Positions 51,651 through 60,923 are shown, numbered from the stretch's first letter. The stretch is DNA of 64,000 nt from an uncultured Alphaproteobacteria bacterium (GCA_963763165.1 CAVXNV010000004.1:292652-356651), one strand, 5' to 3'. Numbers and translations: made by a program. The notes: generated by a model from the letters alone, not told the origin.

Positions 51651-52064
51651 ATGGCTAAGGAATTAAGTGACCAAACTTTGTACATACTTCGCCACTTCGC
51701 AACAGGCGGGAGGTGCGGTGACCTGGCCCAAAAAGACCCCGGTATAAAATTAGCCTCGATTCGTCGCGCCCCTTTGGAAATGCTTCTGTTAGCCGAAGAG
51801 AAGTCAGAAAAAAAATGTTACAGCGTGCCGGATATTCGAGGAAAACACAAAAATGCCTACAAGCCTTGGACGGAAGAGGAGGAATCAGAACTCAAACGAC
51901 AATTGCATCACGGAACCGCGGTCGATCAGATCGCTGCCTCTTTGGGGAGGCAGCCATCTGCTATTCAGAGTCGGATTAGAAAGATCACTGAACCGCGCCG
52001 GATTTGCGGGAGGCTGATTGACGTTAGTTACGCGGCCACGGGTTCAGTTTCCAGAGCTGCGTAG
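51651..52064 (+). CDS. Low-GC hypothetical protein with Myb/SANT-like C-terminal HTH; 3' end supplied by the IS
   Basis: NAYKPWTEEEESELKRQLHHGTAVDQIAASLGRQPSAIQSRIRK; reading frame runs into the IS IR at 51989. Confidence 0.6.
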   Translation: MAKELSDQTLYILRHFATGGRCGDLAQKDPGIKLASIRRAPLEMLLLAEEKSEKKCYSVPDIRGKHKNAYKPWTEEEESELKRQLHHGTAVDQIAASLGRQPSAIQSRIRKITEPRRICGRLIDVSYAATGSVSRAA

Positions 52065-52936
52065 AAGTTTTCTTCGGCTTCTGCTGGCGGGATGTTCCCG
52101 ATAGGCTCGAGCAGGCGGCGGTTGTTGAACCAGTCGACCCATTCGAGTGTTGCGTATTCGACGGCCTCGAAGCTGCGCCACGGGCCGCGACGGTGGATGA
52201 CCTCAGCTTTGAACAGGCCGTTGATCGTTTCGGCGAGGGCGTTGTCATAGCTGTCGCCGACGCTGCCCACAGAAGGTTCGATACCCGCCTCTGCCAGCCT
52301 TTCGGTGTATTTGATGGACAGGTATTGGCTGCCTCGGTCGCTGTGATGCACCAGCCCCATGCCTTTGACCGGGCGACGTTCGTGGACCGCCTGTTCTAAT
52401 GCATCAAGGACGAAACCGGCGTGAGGGGAGGTGCTGACGCGCCAGCCAACGATCCTCCGAGCATAAGCATCGATCACGAAAGCCACATATGCGAACCCCT
52501 TCCAGGTTGCGACGTAGGTGAAATCACTGACCCACAGCATGTTCGGCGCGGGCACCCGGAACTGGCGGTTCACTTTGTCCAGCGGACAGGGCTGCTTTTT
52601 GTCGGGGATCGTCGTTCTGTGAGGCTTGCCTCGGATAATGCCCTGAATATCCATGTCCTTCATCAACCTCGCGACCGTGCAGCGAGCGACAGTAAAGCCC
52701 TCGCGGCGCAGCTGGTGCCAGACCTTGCGCACGCCGTAGACGCTCCAGTTCTCCTCGAAGACACGCCGAATCTCTGGCCGCATCGTCTCGTCCCGGCGCG
52801 CGCGATCCGACCACCGGGTTGGATCGGCCCTCTTGGCCAGATGATCATAATAGGTGGACGGGGCGATCGGCAGCACGTTGCAGATCGGCTCGACCCCGTG
52901 CGCATCACGATGCGCGTCGATGAAACCCACCATCAC
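52028..52936 (-). CDS. IS3 transposase OrfB (DDE)
   Basis: [26 protein letters not shown]. Confidence 0.95.
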   Translation of the reverse strand: MMVGFIDAHRDAHGVEPICNVLPIAPSTYYDHLAKRADPTRWSDRARRDETMRPEIRRVFEENWSVYGVRKVWHQLRREGFTVARCTVARLMKDMDIQGIIRGKPHRTTIPDKKQPCPLDKVNRQFRVPAPNMLWVSDFTYVATWKGFAYVAFVIDAYARRIVGWRVSTSPHAGFVLDALEQAVHERRPVKGMGLVHHSDRGSQYLSIKYTERLAEAGIEPSVGSVGDSYDNALAETINGLFKAEVIHRRGPWRSFEAVEYATLEWVDWFNNRRLLEPIGNIPPAEAEENFYAALETEPVAA

Positions 52937-53256
52937 TTCGACCGGCGGTCGAGCTCCGCCAGCGCAAAATAAGCCGACGCCTTGCGCAGTATCTCATTTG
53001 CCTGGCGCAGCTCGCGGTTCTCGCGTTCCAACGCCTTCATGCGCTCGGCCATCTCGCTGGAGACGCCCGGACGCTTGCCGCCATTGACCTCGGCCTTCTT
53101 GACCCAGTCGTTCAGGGTCTGGGGTGCGCAGCCGATCTTCGCCGCAATCGACATAATCGCCTGCCAACGCGACCCGTGCTGACCCTCATTGTCGAAGACC
53201 AGTCGCACCGCGCGTTCACGCACTTCAGGGGAAAACTTGTTCGTTGTCTTGTTCAT
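52933..53256 (-). CDS. IS3 transposase OrfA
   Basis: [17 protein letters not shown]; [23 protein letters not shown] zipper; GTGATG overlap with orfB. Confidence 0.95.
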   Translation of the reverse strand: MNKTTNKFSPEVRERAVRLVFDNEGQHGSRWQAIMSIAAKIGCAPQTLNDWVKKAEVNGGKRPGVSSEMAERMKALERENRELRQANEILRKASAYFALAELDRRSK

Positions 53257-53400
53257 GATGCTCCATCCTAATCAGGAGTTGGAGCCTCCGGCAAACCCGG
53301 CGCGGTTCACCTCTTCGGGCGAAGGCTTGAGGCCACAAGCCCAGGGACTGCTGCTTCGATCGGTTTAGCCGCTATGGTCAAGCTTCCTCTCGCAAACTCC

Positions 53401-54735
53401 CTAATCGAGCCGCTCAAGCACGCGCGCGAGCATGGTCAGAAAATGGTCGGCATTCTCCCGCGTAAAGATCAGCGGGGGCCTGATCTTCAGAACGTTGGCG
53501 GTTTTCGCACAGCCGGAGATCAAGACACCCTCCTCACGAAGACCGTTGATCACGGCGGTTGCAGTGGCCGCATCGGGGGTCTTCCGGACGCGATCGGAGA
53601 CCATTTCGACGCCGATGAACAGTCCCGCGCCACGAACGTCGCCGATGCTGTCGTGGCGCTCGGCGAGCGCTCTCAGACCCTCACGCATGTGGTCGCCGAT
53701 TGACCGGGAATTCTCCAGAAGCCCCTCGTCCTCGATCACGTCCAGGACCGCGGAAGCGGCGGCCACGGCCACGGCGTTGCCCCCAAATGTATTGAAGTAC
53801 CGCGCCTTGCGGCCAAATTCCTGGACCAGTTCGGGGCGGACCGCGACGCCAGCGACAGGATAGCCGTTCCCCATAGGCTTGCCCATGGTAACGATGTCAG
53901 GGATCACGTCATGGCGCTGGAAGCCCCAGAACGCGTCGCCGGTGCGCGCGAAGCCGGATTGAACCTCATCGGCAATATAGAGCGCTCCGGCCCCGTGGGC
54001 GGCTTCAACAGCCCCTTTCAGGAACCCGGCTGGTGAATCAAAGACACCGTCACTGGCGAAGATGCCATCACAGATGAAAAACGCGGGCCTGATGCCGTGG
54101 CGCTTGAGGTCGGCAAAGGCAGCGGCGACGGACTCGGCGAAGCGCTCCGGCATTGCGGCGCCCATGCGATAGGTGTCCGGCGCAGGCACGGTCCTGACGT
54201 GTGGTCCGAGGTCGACATTTTCGCCAAGCGACGGTGAGAATTCGGAGACGCTCTGCGTGATGCCGTGATAGGCGGTCTCCGTGACCACGATGCCGACACC
54301 GCCGGTACAGGCCTGAGCGATCCGGCATGCCAGGTCATTGGCGTCCGAGCCGGTGCAGGTGAACATCATGTGGCCGATGGCGTCGGGCATGGTTGCCAGC
54401 AGGCGCTCGGCGTAGTCGAGAATGGTGCCGTGGATGTACCGTGTGTTCGTGGCAAGCACGCCTGCCTGCGTGGCGATGGCCTCCACCACCTTGGGATGGC
54501 AATGCCCGATGGATGTGACGTTGTTGTATGCATCTAGGAAGGCGCTGCCTTCGGGATCAAAGAGCCAAGCGCCTTCGCCGCGAACAACATGCAGGGGCTT
54601 CTTGTAGAATAGACGATATGCCGGGCCGAGGAGGTCTCGACGACGGTCGATCATCCGACGGGTGTCAGGGTCGAGCTCGGAAGCGCCTTCTTGGAAGGCA
54701 TTGACCATGCCAGTATCGCTGTTCATGTCCGTCAT
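53401..54735 (-). CDS. Class III PLP enzyme (ETNPPL/PHYKPL phospho-lyase or GABA-aminotransferase-like)
   Basis: LDAYNNV..GHCHP, TNTRY, CTGSDAND, YHG, IADEVQSGFAR.G, VTMGKPMGNG, YFNTFGGN; ATGA-coupled to the kinase. Confidence 0.9.
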   Translation of the reverse strand: MTDMNSDTGMVNAFQEGASELDPDTRRMIDRRRDLLGPAYRLFYKKPLHVVRGEGAWLFDPEGSAFLDAYNNVTSIGHCHPKVVEAIATQAGVLATNTRYIHGTILDYAERLLATMPDAIGHMMFTCTGSDANDLACRIAQACTGGVGIVVTETAYHGITQSVSEFSPSLGENVDLGPHVRTVPAPDTYRMGAAMPERFAESVAAAFADLKRHGIRPAFFICDGIFASDGVFDSPAGFLKGAVEAAHGAGALYIADEVQSGFARTGDAFWGFQRHDVIPDIVTMGKPMGNGYPVAGVAVRPELVQEFGRKARYFNTFGGNAVAVAAASAVLDVIEDEGLLENSRSIGDHMREGLRALAERHDSIGDVRGAGLFIGVEMVSDRVRKTPDAATATAVINGLREEGVLISGCAKTANVLKIRPPLIFTRENADHFLTMLARVLERLD

Positions 54736-55814
54736 TCCATGTCGCAAGCGCGCAAAAGGGCGCGGGTAACATCTTGGGTGGGGAGTGTCGCAAAGCGCAG
54801 CATCGCATCCCTGGCCGGCCCGTTGTTCCGAAGAATGTAATCGGCGTTCTCCGGATAGCGTGCGGCGCGCCAGGTCGTGATGGTTATCGAGGCCACGAGC
54901 CGCGCGACGATCAGATCCCGAAGCAGCACGACCTCCTCTTTCAGCAAAGGGGTCGCAACGTGATAGGCCGATACCATCCGCGTCACCGCGTCCAGGGGCT
55001 GCGCTTCGCTGGCGAGGTAGGAAGCAGCGACCGCGACGTCGATGGCGAGGTGGGTGTGCACCATGTCGCCGAAATCGAGCACTCCGGAAATGCGATCGGG
55101 TGCGTCAGGATCGACAAGGATATTGTGATGGTTCATGTCGTTGTGAACCACCTGCTGCCGCAAGCGAGACAGCGGAGTTTGGGCCTCGGATCCGAACCGT
55201 GCGAGTTCGGTGCGTACCATTTTCCCTATCTCGTCATTCTCAAGGACGTCGGTCAGAGGCTGAAGTCGAGGCAGGTTGCGGATATCCCACAGCAGATCAT
55301 GGTGTGCCCCTGGGTGGTCAAAGCGGGCCAATGCATGTCCGAGGCGGGCAAGCACGGTGCCGATCTCTGACTGCATCGCCCGGGTGATTCCGATACGGTG
55401 CAGGGGGGTTCCGTCAAGCCAGCTGAGAACCCGTCCGATGCTGGTGCGACCGTCTGGCAGGGTCACGGGGACGCAATAGAGGCCACTCGATGCCGCCACG
55501 GTGCGCGGAAGCGGCAGGGCGGGGTCGACCTTTTCGACCCAGCGCAGCGCAGCTGTCTGGAAATCGGTATTCTCGGGATCCTCGACCGGGTTCGAAAGCT
55601 TCAACACGAAGCCGGGGCCGTCTGCAGCAGTGATCCGGAAATTCTGGTCGCGTTCGCAGGCGATCTCCTGAGCGTGCCCCTGGATGCCCCAATGTGCCTG
55701 TAGAAGCTCCTCGGCTTGAGCACTGGTGACGCGCGGCGGCGCGCTCGACAGAAGTCCTGCAAGGAGCGGGTCCGTCGCAATTGCGGAATCGTCGAGATGA
55801 AGACTATCAGGCAC
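54732..55814 (-). CDS. APH-fold phosphotransferase (hydroxylysine kinase-like)
   Basis: ERDQNF, VLKLSN, WLDG, LLWD, HNDMNHHNIL, LDFGD; start GTG 55814 or TTG 55820 overlapping the pxpC-like stop. Confidence 0.88.
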   Translation of the reverse strand: MPDSLHLDDSAIATDPLLAGLLSSAPPRVTSAQAEELLQAHWGIQGHAQEIACERDQNFRITAADGPGFVLKLSNPVEDPENTDFQTAALRWVEKVDPALPLPRTVAASSGLYCVPVTLPDGRTSIGRVLSWLDGTPLHRIGITRAMQSEIGTVLARLGHALARFDHPGAHHDLLWDIRNLPRLQPLTDVLENDEIGKMVRTELARFGSEAQTPLSRLRQQVVHNDMNHHNILVDPDAPDRISGVLDFGDMVHTHLAIDVAVAASYLASEAQPLDAVTRMVSAYHVATPLLKEEVVLLRDLIVARLVASITITTWRAARYPENADYILRNNGPARDAMLRFATLPTQDVTRALLRACDME

Positions 55815-56781
55815 GTTCAAGAACCTCGGGGCGCGTTTTTTGGTCGATTGCGGCGCGAAGCGCGCCTGCCTCGGCGCGATCGACGCGCCGGAAGCGGAGA
55901 ATCTCGTCCGGCTTGGCCTGGGCGAGCTTCCAGAAGGCTGCACTGGCCACCGTAAACGGATTGATAAATCCCCCCGTGCTCGGCGAGTCGTTTACGAGGA
56001 TGATGGGTGTCTGCCCTGCAAGGTTTATTGCCCCCATAGGATATCCGTGATCGACGATGTTCGAAGGGTCCTGGCCGTGATCCGGCGACTTGTTCAATGC
56101 CTTTTCGGAGAACCTGAACTCCGGGCCCGTGAGCCGCAGGCCGGTTCTGCTGCTCTTGGCCTGCAGTGTCCAGTCCGACGAAAAGAAGGCCTCGACGGTC
56201 TCGTCGCTGAGCCAGTCGTCGTTCGGCCCGGCGAGGGCTTCGATCTCCCAGTGGCGGTCGGCCGCGATTTCAGGGCGCGCTATCTCGGGGATCGTAAAGA
56301 GTTCGGAGGCGGTGCTGTCACCGACGGGGATGCTCTGACCGCTTACGAGGGCGCGGCCGCCGACACCTGCCTGGTGGAAAACCGCGCGCGACCCCATTAC
56401 TGGGTCCGTCGCGATGCCGCCGGAAACGGCGATGTAGCTTCTTGCACCCGTTCGCGCAAACGACAGGGTCAACGTCTGCCCGGCGCGAACGGGTACCGTC
56501 GCGAACATGGGAACCGGCTCTCCGTTCAGCTCCGGAGACATGTCGCCACCCGTTATCGCAACAAGCAGATCGGCCTCAAAGGTCAGTGTCGGACCGATGA
56601 ATTGGCACTCGAGCGCCGCGGTGTCGCGATCGTTGCCGACAAGGATGTTGGCCTGACGGAAGGACCAGGCATCGAAGGGGCCTGAGATCGGGAAACCCTG
56701 CTCAAGGAAACCCTCTCGGCCAGGAAGCTCCTGGACGCACGTCTGCAGACCCGGTTTGACCGTGGTGATGCTGCGGCTCAT
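55807..56781 (-). CDS. PxpC/AHS2-like carboxyltransferase-fold subunit
   Basis: PGLQTCVQELPGR.G, SGPFD, ANILVGN, R.YIAV.GG, SSRTGLRL, GQTPIIL..D.PSTGG. Confidence 0.88.
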   Translation of the reverse strand: MSRSITTVKPGLQTCVQELPGREGFLEQGFPISGPFDAWSFRQANILVGNDRDTAALECQFIGPTLTFEADLLVAITGGDMSPELNGEPVPMFATVPVRAGQTLTLSFARTGARSYIAVSGGIATDPVMGSRAVFHQAGVGGRALVSGQSIPVGDSTASELFTIPEIARPEIAADRHWEIEALAGPNDDWLSDETVEAFFSSDWTLQAKSSRTGLRLTGPEFRFSEKALNKSPDHGQDPSNIVDHGYPMGAINLAGQTPIILVNDSPSTGGFINPFTVASAAFWKLAQAKPDEILRFRRVDRAEAGALRAAIDQKTRPEVLERA

Positions 56782-57644
56782 GCGGAAGCCTCCTGCTGTA
56801 CCCTGGCCCATTCGAGATAGCGATCGACCGAGAAGACCTGATAATCGATGATGTCATGGCGGAAGGTACCTTCAGTCACACGGGCCTCGATTTCGCGGTA
56901 TTCATCGCGTTCCACCGGAACGAAGCGGACACGGTCCCCGGCCCGGAACAGGGCAAGGCTATCCCGGAAATCCGGAAGCCGTTGGTCTCCGTCATACATC
57001 GGCGCCGGCGTGTGTCCAACAAGTTGGTAGCCGCCCGGCGTGTCGTCGGGATAGATGCAGGTGAGGGCACCTCCGATTCCGACCGCCCCCTTGGGGGTCT
57101 GCGTCCTCGGGGGATTGTACTTGGGTGCGACGATCCGTGCCTCGGGCCTGAGTGCCAGAAGAGAGCAGAGGCCCGGCCAGAAACCGAGAGCCGCGACCCA
57201 GTATTCGGTGGAGGCATGCCGCCTTTTCAGCGCGTCGCGGTCGGACAGCCCGTTCAGTTCACAAACAAGGTCTGGATCAGGTGTCTTGTCGGGGTAGTCC
57301 TTGCGGTATCGTTCCACGCAGGCTTCGGTCTTGTCGTCGAAATAGAGGACAGGGATAGTGATCAGGCGACTTGCAAGCGCGCCCGTCACGCCGCGACCCA
57401 CCGCCGTATAGAGCGCTTCAATTTCAGAACAGAGATCCTCGTAGGAGATGCGGTCCGGGTCATAGTTGACCTGGAAGGAGGCGAGTTCGGGTATCAGGTC
57501 GATCAACCCGTCTATCTTCGCAGCACGCACTTCTGCGACCAGGCGATGGACGATGAAGTTGATCGTGAAATCCATCCCGTCGCCGAGCTCGACTTCGATC
57601 GCGCGATCGCCACCGGGGAAAAATCGAGGAGACTCATGAAGCAT
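56778..57644 (-). CDS. PxpB/AHS1-like subunit (long, 288 aa)
   Basis: GDRAIEVELG, IPELASFQVNYDP, ITIPVLY, ALGFWPG, TPKGAVGIGG, TPGGYQLVG.TP, GDRVRF. Confidence 0.88.
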   Translation of the reverse strand: MLHESPRFFPGGDRAIEVELGDGMDFTINFIVHRLVAEVRAAKIDGLIDLIPELASFQVNYDPDRISYEDLCSEIEALYTAVGRGVTGALASRLITIPVLYFDDKTEACVERYRKDYPDKTPDPDLVCELNGLSDRDALKRRHASTEYWVAALGFWPGLCSLLALRPEARIVAPKYNPPRTQTPKGAVGIGGALTCIYPDDTPGGYQLVGHTPAPMYDGDQRLPDFRDSLALFRAGDRVRFVPVERDEYREIEARVTEGTFRHDIIDYQVFSVDRYLEWARVQQEASA

Positions 57645-57717
57645 CGGGCCTGTGTCTCCTTCCTGTGAGGTGGCTGGCTGAGCCTGGTGGAGCGCTGGAC
57701 ACGCCGCAAACCCCTCG

Positions 57718-57765
57718 TATATGATATATTTTCAATCACAGCTAACCGTTTGCTATATGATATAT
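57718..57765. promoter_or_regulatory. Two copies of TATATGATATAT, candidate GntR operators
   Basis: Exact 12-mer at 57718-57729 and 57754-57765 (near-palindrome TATATSATATA) in the AT-rich pxpB/gntR intergenic region. Confidence 0.65.
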
Positions 57766-57838
57766 CAATTTTAGTCAATGGACTTCCCCGCAGAATCGCC
57801 GCAGAGCGACGTCCAACCAAGCGCATGAGGGGCACCGA

Positions 57839-58495
57839 ATGAAAAAGATCGAGCACCAGTCTTTGAGCGACCGGGCCTACAGTGAGATCCGGGAGGGGCT
57901 GCGAGAGGGGTTCTTCGCGCCGATGGAACCTCTCGTCATTCGCACGCTCGCTGCAGAATATGGTATTTCGGCAACCCCGATCCGGGAGGCCTTGCAGCGA
58001 CTTGTGGCCGAGCGTCTTCTGATGGTGTTGCCGAGCCGATCAATCGTCGTGCCGCGCATGACCCAGAAGCGGTTCCGGGAGTTGATGCCGATCCGGGAGT
58101 CTCTGGAGGGTATGGCGGCGGTGTTGGCAGCAGAGCGGAGTTCCGAGGAGGAGATCCAGGCGCTGACCGCGCTCACCAGCGAAGTCGAGGCTGCTGCGGA
58201 TGATCGTGACTCCGCTAGGTATCTGGCCTTGAACCGTGAATTCCATTTCAAGATCTATGAGGCGGCCCGAAATCCCGAGTTACTTCAGCTCATCGGCGAT
58301 CTTTGGTTGAAGGTCGGACCCGTCTTCACCGGGCTTTTCGACGACGACTATTTCAAGGAGCACGCGAACGACGAGCACCGCAATATTCTCGCGGCCATTG
58401 CGCGCCGGGATGCGGATGCGGCTGGTCGATACATGCGTCGGGACATCAGTATTGCGGCGCAGGCTCTGCTTCCGCTCATGCCCGAGGCTGCCTGA
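57839..58495 (+). CDS. GntR/FCD-family regulator
   Basis: SLSDRAYSEIREG...LAAEYGISATPIREALQRL; FCD NREFHF and EHRNILAAI. Confidence 0.95.
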   Translation: MKKIEHQSLSDRAYSEIREGLREGFFAPMEPLVIRTLAAEYGISATPIREALQRLVAERLLMVLPSRSIVVPRMTQKRFRELMPIRESLEGMAAVLAAERSSEEEIQALTALTSEVEAAADDRDSARYLALNREFHFKIYEAARNPELLQLIGDLWLKVGPVFTGLFDDDYFKEHANDEHRNILAAIARRDADAAGRYMRRDISIAAQALLPLMPEAA

Positions 58496-58654
58496 CGTCG
58501 CCAGACGCAGATAGGCTTGGCGCCATCTCCCAATGCGGTCCGCCCGCGCGGCGGTCTTGCGTTGTGACCGCGACGGGGCGGGCGCAGTAATAGCGGTTTT
58601 CGAAACGCTCCCAGCTCCTGGAACGGGCGTATCGAGCTTGATTGACGGAAATGC

Positions 58655-58699
58655 TTGACAGGAAGCTGCCTCCGGTAGTGATATAAGGTACATCATATA
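58655..58699 (+). promoter_or_regulatory. pxpA promoter with a third operator-like site
   Basis: Perfect TTGACA at 58655-58660; TACATCATATA at 58689-58699 (reverse complement TATATGATGTA, 1 mismatch to the repeat). Confidence 0.55.
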
Positions 58700-58716
58700 T
58701 CATTTAGGCGGGCGGT

Positions 58717-59451
58717 ATGGTTACGATCAATTGCGACATGGGCGAAGCCTTCGGGATCTATTCGTTCGGCGACAACTCCGTCTGCATGCCCTACGTGACG
58801 CATGCCAACGTGGCCTGCGGGTTTCACGCCTCTGACCCTGTTGTCATGCGGGAGACAGTCCGCAAGGCGAAGGCGGCCGGGATTCAGGTCGGCTCCCATC
58901 CCGGGTTGCCTGATCGCGAGGGTTTCGGTCGCCGCCGCATGCAGATGCGGCGTGATGAGATCTCGGCCTTGGTCATCTACCAGACCGGCGCGCTCCAGGC
59001 CTTCGCAGCGTCCGAGGGTGTAACGCTTTCCCATATCAAGCCTCACGGCGCGCTTTTCGGGATGGCACAAAACGAAACCGAGGTGGCGGAGGGGATCGCC
59101 GACGCCGCCGAGGTTCTGGGGCTTCCCGTCATCGCATTTTCCGACTGCTGCATGTCGGACGTTTTCTCCCGTCGCGGGATTCCTTTTTCCTGCGAGTTTT
59201 ATGCGGATCTCGAGTATGATGATGCAGGGCGTCAGATCATCTCGCGCGTGCATGCGGAAGTCGACCCGGAAGCGGTCGTCGCAAAGGTTCGCCGCGCGGT
59301 GCGTGATGGGACGACGACTTCGGTCTCAGGTAAGGAGGTGGCTGTCGTGGCTCAGAGTATCTGCGTTCATTCGGATACCCCGAATGCCGTGTCCGTGGCG
59401 CGGGCCGTGCATGCGGCGCTGAGCTCCGACGGACTCCTCGACGCGACATGA
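58717..59451 (+). CDS. LamB/YcsF (PxpA-like) lactam utilisation subunit
   Basis: INCDMGE, ANVACGFHASDP, GSHPG..DR.GFGRR, HIKPHGAL, EFYAD..Y, ICVHSD. Confidence 0.93.
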   Translation: MVTINCDMGEAFGIYSFGDNSVCMPYVTHANVACGFHASDPVVMRETVRKAKAAGIQVGSHPGLPDREGFGRRRMQMRRDEISALVIYQTGALQAFAASEGVTLSHIKPHGALFGMAQNETEVAEGIADAAEVLGLPVIAFSDCCMSDVFSRRGIPFSCEFYADLEYDDAGRQIISRVHAEVDPEAVVAKVRRAVRDGTTTSVSGKEVAVVAQSICVHSDTPNAVSVARAVHAALSSDGLLDAT

Positions 59452-60923
59452 TCGCCGTGCGGACCAAAACGGGCGCGGCCCTCCAACAGGCGCTCGCAGA
59501 TGGACTTGCGCCGGTTTTGCGTGCAATCTCCGGGGGGCTTGGCCCCCAGGGGCGTGCAGCGGTCTATGCCGTGGGGCAGGATGTCCGGCGCGCGGAGACA
59601 GGTACCGAGATCGCCCGGCGTTTCACCGGAAGCGGCGCCGCCGAGGTGCTCCTGAAGGAAGCGCTGGTTGCAGCCGAGAGGGACCTCGGAGATGGTTCTT
59701 CCCGTCTGGCGGTGATGGCCGGTGCGGCGCTCCACGCGGGACGGAAGTCGCTTGCGGCAGGCATTCATCCCGCACAGCTCCATCGCGCCGTCAAGGCACT
59801 CGGCGCTGAGCTCGACGGGCATTTTGCGACCCTCACGAACCCTGACCCACGGGTTCAGGAAGTGCTTCGCGCGGCAGGGCTGCAAGCCTCCGCCGCGGCC
59901 GAGCTGGAGCGGGCACTTCGCCTGGCCGGTGAGGGGGGGCATGTCGAGCTGACCGCGACCCCGGAGCCTGGCCTGCGTCTCGATCACGTCGAGGGGTTCT
60001 CGGCCGATATGACGCCGCTTCTTTCGGGCGAACTGGGGCACATGGATCATGTGCATGTCCTGGTGGCCAACGACATCATTGTGGATTTCCGCAGACTTGC
60101 CCCTGTCATCGAAGGGTTCGCGCGCAGCGACAAGTCGCTGATCATCGCGGCCCGCGGCATCGAGGGGGCGGCGAAACAGCTGCTTGAGCGGAACCGGCAA
60201 GCTGGCGTGCTGCGCGTGGCGGCGCTGACTCCGCGGGATGCGGGGCCCCGGGCGGTCGAAATCCTGAAGGATCTTGCCTGCGCCACGGGCGCCATGCTCG
60301 TGGACGACGAAACCGGCCAGTCCCTTGAGACGCTCACACCTGCTCACCTGGGCTCGGCGGCCACGTTCCGTCGTTCGGGTACGCGCGTGACCTTCGTAAA
60401 GCCGGCAGGGGCGCCCGAGGATGTCGCCGCCCGGCTGAAGGACGTCGAGCATGACATCGGGCGGCATCGATACCTCGCGCTCGACCGCGAACATGCGCAG
60501 CGTCGGCACGCGCGCCTGTCGGGCAAGTGGGTCGAGCTGTTGGTGGGACCGGATCGAACCGATCCGGCGCGTGTCGATCGGATGTCGCGTGCCTTGGCCG
60601 CGGTGCGCTCGGCGCAGTCCGGGGGCACGATCGCCGGTGCGGGCGCGGGACTTGCCGAGGTGGCAGCGCTAATTGAGCCCGAGCAATCCGCTGACCCGGC
60701 TGAGCGCGCCGCGCGCCGTCTCGTGGCGCAGGCCCTCCGCGCTCCGGGACGATGCCTGCGACGCAATGCGGGGCTGGAGGCTTTGGACGGGATCTTGCCC
60801 CACGAGGGATTGGCCGATCCGGCGCGTCTCTCCCGCGACCTTTACGACATCTCGCTCTCGCTGGCCCTGCAACTTCTGAGCCTCGAAGCTGCAGTGCAGC
60901 CTGCGCATCGCACTTCTTGCTGA
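59448..60923 (+). CDS. Highly divergent GroEL/Cpn60-like protein (491 aa)
   Basis: Colinear with GroEL: LGPQGR (LGPKGR), LLKE...GDGSSR (GDGTTT), AAGIHP..L.R, VEG, LIIAARGIEG, LKDLACATG, DREHAQRRHARLSG, GLADP (GILDP); ATGA overlap with pxpA. Confidence 0.88.
   Translation: MIAVRTKTGAALQQALADGLAPVLRAISGGLGPQGRAAVYAVGQDVRRAETGTEIARRFTGSGAAEVLLKEALVAAERDLGDGSSRLAVMAGAALHAGRKSLAAGIHPAQLHRAVKALGAELDGHFATLTNPDPRVQEVLRAAGLQASAAAELERALRLAGEGGHVELTATPEPGLRLDHVEGFSADMTPLLSGELGHMDHVHVLVANDIIVDFRRLAPVIEGFARSDKSLIIAARGIEGAAKQLLERNRQAGVLRVAALTPRDAGPRAVEILKDLACATGAMLVDDETGQSLETLTPAHLGSAATFRRSGTRVTFVKPAGAPEDVAARLKDVEHDIGRHRYLALDREHAQRRHARLSGKWVELLVGPDRTDPARVDRMSRALAAVRSAQSGGTIAGAGAGLAEVAALIEPEQSADPAERAARRLVAQALRAPGRCLRRNAGLEALDGILPHEGLADPARLSRDLYDISLSLALQLLSLEAAVQPAHRTSC

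Larger units (their letters stand above)
51989..53309 (-). mobile_element. Intact IS3-family (IS51-group) element, 1321 bp
   Basis: 27-bp IRs TGAACCGCGCCGG(A/G)TTTGC(G/C)GGAGGCT with 2 mismatches; orfA and orfB; no target duplication visible. Confidence 0.96.

Noticed and set aside
59448-60923. Housekeeping groEL
   Set aside because: It lacks GDGTTT, D398, the GGM tail and an adjacent groES, so no gene symbol was assigned.
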